From assembly GCA_043228905.1 (NCBI GenBank), contig JBHGNT010000015.1, positions 18,910,001 to 18,974,000 on the forward strand: a stretch of 64,000 nt of DNA. Reading direction: 5' to 3'. The notes under the pieces are model-generated. The model did no database searches. It was not told the DNA's origin and was given only the letters and a program-made list of their open reading frames with translations. Both the position numbers and the translations under genes were made by a program. The stretch's first letter is position 1; each line of letters starts with the position of its first letter. Positions 1 through 9,042 of the stretch are shown in pieces. The DNA is from Azolla caroliniana. Lineage: Eukaryota; Plantae; Polypodiophyta.

Positions 1-1628
1 TTGAAGACGCACAACACTTGGTCCTTTGTCTTCAACGGTGCCGTCCACAGCTTCCGGCTGTGGTCATCAATGAATGTCACGAAGTACTGGGCACCGCCAT
101 GTGACTTCGTTTCTACTTGGCACACGTCAGTGTGCACCAACTCCAATGGTGCGCTACGTCTCGTCGGTGGCCTTGAGTGGAAGGAGGTTCGGTTCTGCTT
201 ACCGGCCAGGCAATCGGTGCACTTCTCCAGGTGCACATGCTTCACTGGAATAAGGTTGTCTTCTGCAAGTCTCTTCATCCCCTTCTCACTCATGTGGCAC
301 AGTCTCTTGTGCCACAGCTCACCGGCAGTGTCGGCTGCCACGTGCAACTCCTCCGGACACAACCAGGCATTCATAAGGTACAGTGTGTTGACTTTCCGGG
401 CCCGAGCCACTATCAGGCTCCCCTTGCTGAACTTTATTACGTTGTTCCGGATGCTACCTGTGTAGCCTTCATCGTCTAGCCTCCCGGCCGAAATCAGGTT
501 CAATCGAACCTCCGGAACGTGTCGGACATCCTTCAGCAGCATCTTGCATCCGGTTGATGTCATCAGCCACACGTCTCCTATGCCGGCAATCCGGCATGTA
601 CCTTCATTTCCCATCCGGACACAGCCGTGCTCACCGGCTGTATAGGATGAGAAGTATTTCTTCTCCGGGGTCAGGTGGAACGACGCTCCGGAATCGACCA
701 CCCAGGTCATCTCTTCACCGGCAAGGTTCAGCTCCCTCTCTTCGGTAATGAGCATTATCTCTTCTTCACTTGCCGCGAGTGCCGTCGTTCCTTTCCGGTC
801 CTGCCCTCGCCGATCCGGACCTCTCCGGTCTGTGGCTCCCCGGTATGCACCGTTTCGCTCCGGTGACTTCTTCGAATCGGTACCGTCGGTTCCGTTGTCT
901 TTCCGGAAATGCCGACAGTTCTTCTGGAAGTGCCCCGGCTTCCCACAGTAGAAGCATGTAGGTCTTCCCCTCGACTGTGACCGTGTCCCCGACTTCTCCC
1001 GTCTTTGCGGACTCCGGTTCCGTTGTCTTCCCCGTTCCGATTCGGTAAGCAGCGCCTTCGAGTCGGAGGCCGGTTCTTTATCTCTCCGACGCGCTTCTTC
1101 ATTTAGAATAAAGTTCTCTTCCTTACAGGAGGTGCTGAGAGTAACTACCAAGTTCTCCCAGCTCTCCGGAAGGGTACACATCAGCATGATGGCTTGCATT
1201 GCGTCATCCAACGGGAACTTGATCGCCGCAAGCTGGTTCACGAATCCCATGAACGTGCTGACGTGTTCGACCATGCTCTCGTCGTCCCGGTACTTAAGAT
1301 TCACTATCTTCCTCATCAGGGAGGTCCGGGTCAGAGCGTTCTTCCTCTCATACAGTCCGGACAGCTTCTGCCACATCTCATAGGCGTTCGTATCATTCGC
1401 CACATGTTGCAGAACACTTACATCGACATATTGCCGGATCGTCGCTACGGCTTTCCGGTTCAGGAGCTTCCACTCCGACTCTATTACCCCTTTGGGTATC
1501 TCGGCATTGTCGATCGGTTCGTACAGGTCTCGGACGATGAGAAGGTCTTCCATCTTTATCTTCCAGTCGGCGTAGTTCTGTGAGTTCAACACCATCATGC
1601 CCGGAGGCCCACTACCGCCGCCTTCCAT
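1..1628 (-). CDS. copia gag-pol polyprotein, partial (gag, zinc knuckle, protease, GAG-pre-integrase, start of integrase)
   Basis: ATG at 1628 gives MEGGGSGPPGMMVLNSQNYADWKIKMED; CFYCGKPGHFQKNC knuckle; the same frame reads SRKLWTAPLKTKDQVLCVF at the window edge. Probably missing from the ORF track because there is no stop in the window (frame spot-checked, not every codon). 8-aa in-frame deletion near 1110 relative to its paralogue. Confidence 0.85.
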   Translation of the reverse strand, partial: MEGGGSGPPGMMVLNSQNYADWKIKMEDLLIVRDLYEPIDNAEIPKGVIESEWKLLNRKAVATIRQYVDVSVLQHVANDTNAYEMWQKLSGLYERKNALTRTSLMRKIVNLKYRDDESMVEHVSTFMGFVNQLAAIKFPLDDAMQAIMLMCTLPESWENLVVTLSTSCKEENFILNEEARRRDKEPASDSKALLTESERGRQRNRSPQRREKSGTRSQSRGRPTCFYCGKPGHFQKNCRHFRKDNGTDGTDSKKSPERNGAYRGATDRRGPDRRGQDRKGTTALAASEEEIMLITEERELNLAGEEMTWVVDSGASFHLTPEKKYFSSYTAGEHGCVRMGNEGTCRIAGIGDVWLMTSTGCKMLLKDVRHVPEVRLNLISAGRLDDEGYTGSIRNNVIKFSKGSLIVARARKVNTLYLMNAWLCPEELHVAADTAGELWHKRLCHMSEKGMKRLAEDNLIPVKHVHLEKCTDCLAGKQNRTSFHSRPPTRRSAPLELVHTDVCQVETKSHGGAQYFVTFIDDHSRKLWTAPLKTKDQVLCVF

Positions 1629-1659
1629 TTTCTGTGTTACCGTTGCTCTGATACCACTT

Positions 1660-2337
1660 TGTTAAGCACAGTGCTCGGCCACAACCGAGGAATAGGATCA
1701 ACTCACAGAAAACGGGAAATACAAAATGCACGAAGACAATAGAGAGAAGAGTACACAGGATGTTTTACGTGGAAAACCCTAAATGGGAAAAACCACGGGA
1801 GTCCTCAAACTCCAACTATCACTATAAACAGAGATGTACAATGGTGAAGCTACAAGGCAACAACCTTGAGCTCACTGTCTTCGCCACAGGCAGCGGTAAT
1901 ACACAGAGGCAACGACCTCTTCGTCTCTCTCTCTCTCTCTCTCTCTCTCGGCTGCTCTCTTCACTCCCTCTAAGTGGAAAACAGAAAAATGAGCAACAAC
2001 AACTAAACTGTTTGCCCTAAGTCATATTTATACACATGTGACTTTCGGGCTATTTACAAATATAGCCTCAAGGGCCCTTGGCAAACATATTCACAAATAT
2101 GTCCCCGCATCCGGATCTCTCTCCGGGTACATTCAGCATCCGGCTCCGTAGCCGGGGTCTTCATCATCCGGATCCGTAGCCGGGTACTCTTCATCCGGCT
2201 TCATGCCGGGTACTCTTCATCCTCCGGTTCCGTAACCGCAACCGGGCTTGCCGTCATTCATCTCCGGACATCCCATCCGGAGGGACCGCCGTCATTCATC
2301 TCCGGACATCCCATCCGGAGGGACCGAAATCCCAACA
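1660..2337 (-). repeat. 5' LTR of element A
   Basis: TGTTAAG...CCCAACA next to the PBS; (CT)n tract, TATA-like sequence near 2026, CCGG-rich tandem repeats including a perfect 38-bp duplication at 2250-2325. Confidence 0.85.
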
Positions 2338-2440
2338 CCATCCGAACCGATTCGTACATGTTTTGCTCCGAGAGTTTTCTTCCTGTGTGGGGTTTCAGGG
2401 CTTCTCGGACTATCACTTCCCCACTCCGCAACAGTCCGCT

Positions 2441-4483
2441 TTAAAAATCCATTCTCACTTGGGACAAGAGTTCCCTCTTGTTCCTTTCGTGATTTGCCGG
2501 CACCGTTAGGAATTGGACGGATTTCCCACCGTTTTGGCTCCGAATTCGCGCAAAAGCCGCACCGCTATCGAGCACCTTCGTCTCCATCCGTGATGCCGTG
2601 ATAAAGGGTTGGCCGAGGATGACGGAATGTGAAACCTCATCTTGCACGAAGAAATTTTGGTCAATCTCGACATCCCCGATCTTCACCGTCACATTCGGAC
2701 AAGCCGCAAATAGATCTTTCGTTGCTTTGGTGGCCGCCCGAATCTTCCATCCATGGTTGGTGTTAATAGGCCACTTCCCCTTCCGGTAGAACTCCTTGGA
2801 CATCAAGTTGATGTCTGATCCGTGATCAATCAATGCTAGCACGGTTTCTTTGATGTTGCCGATTCGGACCGGAGTTTCCGTAGTCGCGCGTGCCCAATGT
2901 GGCCTTGTATAGTGGGAGTTTGGAATTTCGTCCTCCACTTCGGTGTCGTTCATTAAAACGGTGTTCGCATTCACCCTTGGAGCATTTTCCTCCGTACTTT
3001 GTCTTTTTCGCTTCACGAGATCTACGAGAAGATCGTGGAACTCCTTCTTTGCTATTCCGAGTAGCTCCCGAAGCGAGAAATCTACCCGGCTATCCAAGAT
3101 TCTTTCCTCGAACACTCTTTTCAAGTCGGTTTGTTGTTCTATGTCCGAGGCGAGCTTGAATGCCGGAGTCGCCTTTTCTTTTCCCTTACCTCCGGAGTTC
3201 CAGCTTTCCGGTATCTTCGATGGACCGGCCGCATCCTCCGTTCGTCGTCGTTTCTCGTCCACATACACCTTATGCAATTGACACAGGGCGTATACGCTAT
3301 TCTTGTCGACAGGGCACTCCCATCCCGTAGCTTCCCGGATGCCTTCCGCGGTGCTTCGGATCTCGTTGGAGTCGGTTTTCTCGGTGTTTTCTAGAACTTC
3401 CGGCCAAAAAGACGTCTTTGCTCTCGATGACTCCCTGACACATATTCCCGCGGTTGTCGCATAGTTGCTTCTCGCCGCCAATTCCTCCTCGAGTACCTTC
3501 TTCATGCCGCCTTTCCGGAAGTTCGGTCGGAGTGGCTTCCGAGAGTCCATCGAATGAATCTGGTTTCCCTCGTAGTAGATGAGATCCCGCCGTAGCGCCT
3601 CCTTATGCTCGTCGCAATCCCTCCGATCGTGTTCGGCGCTATCACACCATATGCACCGTCGGTCCGTATACTTGGAGCGTGTGGGGCGGTCATCCGACTT
3701 CTTCACCATCGCGATCTTCAGATTCTCCATCTCCTTCAATAGTTGCTCCACCGTAGATGTATCAATCCCCTTCTCGGTTGTAGTCTCTCGAGCCCTCAGT
3801 TGATGGTCTTCCAATCCGGTTCTCGGTTTCGGAATCGGTTCCGAAACCCTCTTTTCCTCGTCGGCAAGCCATTGCCCCCTCTTCGTGTATCGCGCGACGA
3901 TATCCCGCACGCTTTCCCATGTTTCGGTGAGGCCGCTCTCCGTGGTCGTGTCCTCCAAGAGCACTCCGAGATCTTTCCGGTCCCGGACGTCCACGGCTCG
4001 CAAGAACATGATCACCTTGTCCGGTACGAGGATAGCTTGATCTCTCGCGGACAACCTCCCGAACCGGCTTTCGAATGCCGAAAACACATCAACGACCTTC
4101 AATCCCTTGTCCGGCGTCTCCACCCAATCTTCGAATCCCCTTCGCGTCGCCTTGGAGGAATCCTCGATGGCGAACGTCCTCTTTAGCTCTACTTCAAACG
4201 CCTCCCATGTCGGATTTTGTTGTCGTAGCCCATGGATGCTTGCTTGAAGCCCGTCGGTCGCCACCCGGTTGAAGGACGTCACTTGCAGTCCTTCCGATAT
4301 TCCGCACCGTAGCATCTCCGCCTTGTAATCCCGAAGATACCGCGACACGTCTTTCCCGTTGAATTGCCCGTTTCGTTGCACGAGCCGCTCCACTGAGGCC
4401 GCTATCTCCGACATCGCGCGTTGTTCTTGTAGCATGCGCTCGAACATCATCATCATGTTGCTAGCCTCTTGTTGATTTTCCAT
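2441..4483 (-). CDS. Gag-aspartic protease polyprotein (about 680 aa)
   Basis: ORF 2441..4504; first ATG at 4483 (the GTG at 4504 lies inside the PBS); FNGKDVSRYL gag motif, CIWCDSAEHDRRDC zinc knuckle, protease ALIDHGSDIN...VILGQPF. Confidence 0.85.
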   Translation of the reverse strand: MENQQEASNMMMMFERMLQEQRAMSEIAASVERLVQRNGQFNGKDVSRYLRDYKAEMLRCGISEGLQVTSFNRVATDGLQASIHGLRQQNPTWEAFEVELKRTFAIEDSSKATRRGFEDWVETPDKGLKVVDVFSAFESRFGRLSARDQAILVPDKVIMFLRAVDVRDRKDLGVLLEDTTTESGLTETWESVRDIVARYTKRGQWLADEEKRVSEPIPKPRTGLEDHQLRARETTTEKGIDTSTVEQLLKEMENLKIAMVKKSDDRPTRSKYTDRRCIWCDSAEHDRRDCDEHKEALRRDLIYYEGNQIHSMDSRKPLRPNFRKGGMKKVLEEELAARSNYATTAGICVRESSRAKTSFWPEVLENTEKTDSNEIRSTAEGIREATGWECPVDKNSVYALCQLHKVYVDEKRRRTEDAAGPSKIPESWNSGGKGKEKATPAFKLASDIEQQTDLKRVFEERILDSRVDFSLRELLGIAKKEFHDLLVDLVKRKRQSTEENAPRVNANTVLMNDTEVEDEIPNSHYTRPHWARATTETPVRIGNIKETVLALIDHGSDINLMSKEFYRKGKWPINTNHGWKIRAATKATKDLFAACPNVTVKIGDVEIDQNFFVQDEVSHSVILGQPFITASRMETKVLDSGAAFARIRSQNGGKSVQFLTVPANHERNKRELLSQVRMDF

Positions 4484-4499
4484 CTCCTTGCCACCCGTC

Positions 4500-4517
4500 T
4501 TCACGTCGGGTTCACCA
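4500..4517 (-). other. Primer-binding site complementary to the 3' end of tRNA-Trp
   Basis: + strand TTCACGTCGGGTTCACCA matches the 3' 18 nt (with CCA) of plant cytosolic tRNA-Trp as recalled; lies 4 nt from the LTR; identical copy at 8257-8274. Confidence 0.8.
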
Positions 4518-4521
4518 ACTG

Positions 4522-5225
4522 TGTCGTGCCCTTCGGCTCCGGATCGTTGCGTGAGTCGGGTGGGAACCGCCGAGGTTTTTGACTAGGAGGAAGAGGAATA
4601 CAACTTAAGGCTAGATATGAATAGTGGAAAGAGAAGTAAGATAGCAATCTCGTGAATCCCACGAGTTTAGTGTAATTAAAACAATATTTAGATTATAAGA
4701 GCAATTAGATGGCAAAATTCGTGAATCCCACGAATATATTAGATTGATCCAACCTTGTATATTAATCAACAACCATATACATATTTTTCTCCTCCTTATA
4801 TAAAGATGGAAGAGGCTAAGCATGGCTTCATGCTTTTTCACCTAAAGTGCCCATGCACACTAAATGTGCATGTGATGTTTTGTCATTTCCTAAATATAGG
4901 GCTCGTGCACGCTAGATGTGCATGAGTCACTTTTAATGTCACGTGTAAATAAAATATTCACACTCTAAAGAATACATGATTTTTACCTTTTAATAAAGGT
5001 ATGTGTAAATAAAGGTCTTATACGTATTAAATCTATATTTATAACACTAAAGATAAGTTATTACAATGGTAAAGTTGGGGTTTATCTATGTGGAGGTGCA
5101 CGGTTCGAATCTTGCCCTATGCACATGATAAATTTTTTTGATATATTATTTATTTATTTATATGTATCTAAATTCGGATATATTATTTTATGGTTTTCAC
5201 GTAGTGTGCGGAATACACTACGACA
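4522..5225 (-). repeat. 5' LTR of element B
   Basis: Terminal inverted repeat TGTCGT/ACGACA, AT-rich, TATA-like TATATAA near 4796-4802, adjacent PBS. Confidence 0.8.
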
Positions 5226-8200
5226 CCGTACTTGTCGGCTATTGTCGATGTCGGGTCCCATTCCTTGCCGCCACCATCCTTCTCTCTCAGTCTTACATTG
5301 CCACGTTGGCCGAACAGCCATAGTTTCCGGATTGGTGTGAAGATCCCATAGGACTGGTCTTCGTTTCGTTGATTGCCGAAATTCGGGTGTCTTTCGTTTG
5401 AGTCCCTCCCAAACTCTCCTCGTGTCTCCCGCGTAGTCGGGTCCCGCTTCCCGCTGCCACCAGCCTTCTCTCACGGTCTCACATTGCCACGTTGGCCGAA
5501 CTGCCAGAGTCTCCGGTCTGGTGTGGGGATCCCGTAGGACCGGACTTCCTTATGCCCATGACCTTGCCGGTAGGTCCGATTCGGTTCGTAGCCGCCTCGC
5601 CGGCCTGATACCTTCCTGCTCTGCTTTCCGTCGTCCGATCACGTTCACCTGCCTCCACCGTCCTTTCCTATAAGACTCACGCCGGCTCTTAGGCCGACGG
5701 CCGGATCGGTGTGAGGATCTTCGTGGGACCTCGGTTTGCCCGCCTTGCCACCGCCATCATTCTTCCCTCTAGGTCTCACGCCGGCTCTTGTTGCCGACCG
5801 TCGGAGTCTCTAGAACCGGTGTGTGTAAGGTCGCTACAACACTGCTCGCCGTCCTGTCACGTTCACCTGTCGCCACCGATCTCTCCTATAGGACTCATGT
5901 CGGCACTCGTGCCAACAACCGGATCGGTGTGAGGATCTTCGTAGACCGCCCATCCGCAGTTCTTTGCCTTTGTCCCCTCGCCGTCACCGATCGTCACTCT
6001 AGGTCTCACGCCGCCTCTCGAGCCGACCGTCGGAGTTTCTGGAACTGGTGTGAAGGATCCTCCTTGGGCTTGTTGTATCCCAGACCCTTAGCCCAGGTCT
6101 TCTTCGTCCACAAATCGAGAGGGTGGCTCGCTCCACACCCTCTCCCATGGTACCAACGTACCGATCTTCTCGGCCTCTTCGTAGACCTGCCCTCTCCCCA
6201 CTTCCAGATTAATTATCCGGAAGTCCGCTCCGCCCGGTTCTCGTCCGGGCCCGCCCGTCATTCTCTGGATTGCCAGGTCCCGTTCTCCTGTCGCCACCGA
6301 TCTCTCATATAGGACTCACGTCGGCACTCGAGCCGACAACCGAATCGATGTGAGGATCTCCGTAGGATCGGTCTTCGTTCTCCTCTTCATCCTTTGTACT
6401 TCTCCCGAACTCGTCGTTGCTCTCCTCGTTGTGCTCCCGCCTCCATCTTCCATCTCTTTCGGTCTCCCGTTGCCACGTCGACCGAACTGCCGAAGTCTCC
6501 GGACAAGATGTGGGGTAACCGATTTCGCAACATCTTTCGGCGACTCGTCCAGGGCCACCGACCCTTTTAGTGGTGTCGGTGGAAAGCATCCGCTCTGTGA
6601 TCAACCAAGCCCCGCCTGGGCTTGATTCTCCAATGTCCGGAGTTTCGGCTCTGATGCCGACCTTGCCGGACTCGTTTCGAACCCTTGATCACCTTCTTCC
6701 CGATTCCCGACCTTCGCCCGACCGGTCTTTCTCCCCATGTAAAAGAGGGTGGCTCGTTCCGCACCCTCTTCTGTATTGGCACCCTCATGCCAATTCTGGC
6801 CCCGGTCGAACAATCCACGACCGGATCGCATCCAACCGAATCGGAGTGTCGCGTTGTTCGGTCCCCGGTCGGGTCGTTTCTTGGTCTCTTCGTCGACCTT
6901 CTCGCAGGCCAACTCCCATCCTTCTTCGCTGGCATCGTGCCAGGACTCCTCGATACCGTCATCCATCTCCTCGGTCTCACATGGGCGTAACGGCCCGAAT
7001 GCCGAGTTCTCCGGAATCGATCCCGAGGGCTCTTGTCCATTCCTTCCCCGTATCGTCTCGTTGGTGATTCTCGGTCTCACGCCACCGCCTTCCTCCTCTT
7101 GGGAATCACGTGGGCACTCGGGTTCGACTGACATCGTCTTGGGAGCAAGTGTGGGAAGACGCGAAGAATCGCCCGTCCGTTTTACGCCCTTGTCTGTAGC
7201 CACCGGCTCTTCGTGGTCAGTGGTCAACTCCTTACCGATCGCGCAAGCCCCGCCTGGGCTTGCTTCTCCAATGTCCGGGGTTTCGGGCTGACGTGCCCGA
7301 AACCGCTGGTCCCAACGTTTCGATTTTGTGATCAGTATCCCCGCCTTGTCCTCGTCCGCTCTATCTCCGCAATCCGAGAGGGCGTTTTGTTCCGCACCCT
7401 CTCCCGTGGTACCGTGGTACCGATCTTCTGCCATCTTGTGGGGCAAGTCCGTCTCCTCGGTGTCGGCTTGTGGCCTCGATCTTTCCTCTTCCTCGAGCAT
7501 TGCCTCGAGAGCTGCGTACGCCTCCGCAATCCTGACCCTGAAGCCGAGCCTTGCCGACTCTCTTTGTCATTCGGCCTCTTCCCGCTGTGATGGCGTGCCG
7601 TCATGCGCCTTCCCCTTAGCATTCTTGGCTCGCTCGTCATCTAGCCGTTGGCATACCCTTCTGACCTTCGACCAGTCCTCAGTAAGGCCATTCGCTTTGT
7701 CCTCGTCCTCGAGCTCAATCTCGATGGCCTCCCGTTCCGCTCGGTCAATCGACTTAACGAACAACAGGACTTTGTCCGCCCCCACCAAACCTTGTTCCCG
7801 CTCCGGGAGCTGAGCAAGCCATCGCTCGAAGTCTCAGAACGCCTTCGTTGCGCCCCGGTGGGTCTTCGCTGATGCCACCCACTGGTCGAAGTCGCGTCGT
7901 CCCTGGCTCTTCCGTCGTCCCCCATATGCCTGTAGGAGCGCCTCTTCGAAGGCCTCCCATGAACTATGAGCTTCTCGGAGCTCCTTCACTTCCGCGTGCA
8001 TACGGACGACGACGACCCGGCATAAGAACTCTAGGCTCAACGCCTTGTCTACGTCTCGCTCCTCCATTTCCGCGTCGTAGGCTTCCAAGTAGAATGGGAC
8101 TTTATCCCCGTTGAAACAGCCGACTCTTTCGACCACTCGCTCAACCGCTTGTTTCGCCGTCTCTCGTCTTGTTGTTGCTCGTCCAAACTCCCTCACCGCT

Positions 8201-9042
8201 TCGACAAAAAGTTGCACGAAGTCGTCTTCCTCAAGCTCCTTTCTCCCTTGCCGCCCTTCACGTCGGGTTCACCAAATATGTCGTGTTGTTACGTGCGTGC
8301 GTGTAGAAGGGCGGGACCACGGGGGTCTCAGACTAGGGAGAAAGGGGTGCCGAGAAACCGACTCCGGACGCGTTCTTGAGGCAACCGAATGCAAGAGAGA
8401 GGGAGAGAGAGAGAGAGTGTGTGTGTGTGTGTGTGTGCGCGTTACACCGACTCTTATGCATAGGAAGCAAGGGGTTGTGCTTCCGACACCACCAAATACA
8501 CCAATATACACAAACAGGCGCAAATATGTATATTACAAGGGAAAGAATACATCCCCGGCTTCGAGCCGGACCAAGGTAGGTTATGTTACAACAACAGTTT
8601 GTCGCCAAGCCGCCGTCGGGGGAGCTCTCCGGCTCGTCGCACCGAGCGGGGTCTTGCACAGGAGCTCAAGTAGAAGTAAACCCCCACAGAACACACAAGC
8701 TCTTCACCAGGCCAAAACCCTAAACAGACATGAAGAAGAAGACCTCAAAGAACTCTAAAGTAAGAAGAAGAAGAAGATGAAGATAAACGGAATACTAAAC
8801 CTAACGGTATACCCTCCTAACTCAAAATGGGCAACCCCTCTACAAGGGACCATCCCTTCCTTTTATAGAACAAGGAGAGGGACGCGTTACAATGTGGGAT
8901 AAATCCCGACTTACATGGGATTCTCTATCCCGACTTGACTCCTACTATTCACACGTTTATACAAGGGTGAGTGCACATGATGCACTCCGCTGATTCTCCC
9001 GATATTCTCTGATTCCGCCTAGGGACGGTTTTCTCCACGACA
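5226..9042 (-). mobile_element. Second tRNA-Trp-primed LTR element (element C), decayed gag plus repetitive region; probably non-autonomous
   Basis: LTR 8279-9042 (TGTCGTG...CACGACA), PBS 8257-8274; gag homologous to element B (FNGDKVPFYL; DKVLLFVKSID...GLTEDWSKV versus DKVIMFLRAVD...GLTETWESV). Confidence 0.8.
6088..8256 (-). pseudogene. Fossil gag-derived ORF with long charged, repetitive C-terminal extension
   Basis: ORFs 7834..8217, 7567..7788, 6601..7500, 6316..6558 and 6088..6297 share one frame and are separated by TGA stops; no ATG after the PBS. Confidence 0.65.

Larger units (their letters stand above)
1..2337 (-). mobile_element. Ty1/copia LTR retrotransposon (Tnt1/Tork-like), 5' half; runs off the left edge (element A)
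   Basis: 5' LTR 1660-2337 (TG...CA ends), PBS TGGTATCAGAGC (tRNAi-Met) at 1645-1656, then the gag-pol ORF; the protein is closely similar to the 1345-aa ORF at 35481-39518. Confidence 0.92.
2338..5225 (-). mobile_element. tRNA-Trp-primed Ty3/gypsy-like LTR retrotransposon, 5' part (element B), interrupted by element A
   Basis: LTR 4522-5225 (TGTCGT...ACGACA), 18-nt PBS at 4500-4517, intact gag-protease ORF. Gypsy assignment is inferred from the gag and protease type; RT is not visible. Confidence 0.8.

Noticed and set aside
4500-4517. tRNA-Trp gene (also 8257-8274)
   Set aside because: Only the 3' 18 nt including CCA, adjacent to an LTR: a PBS, not a gene.
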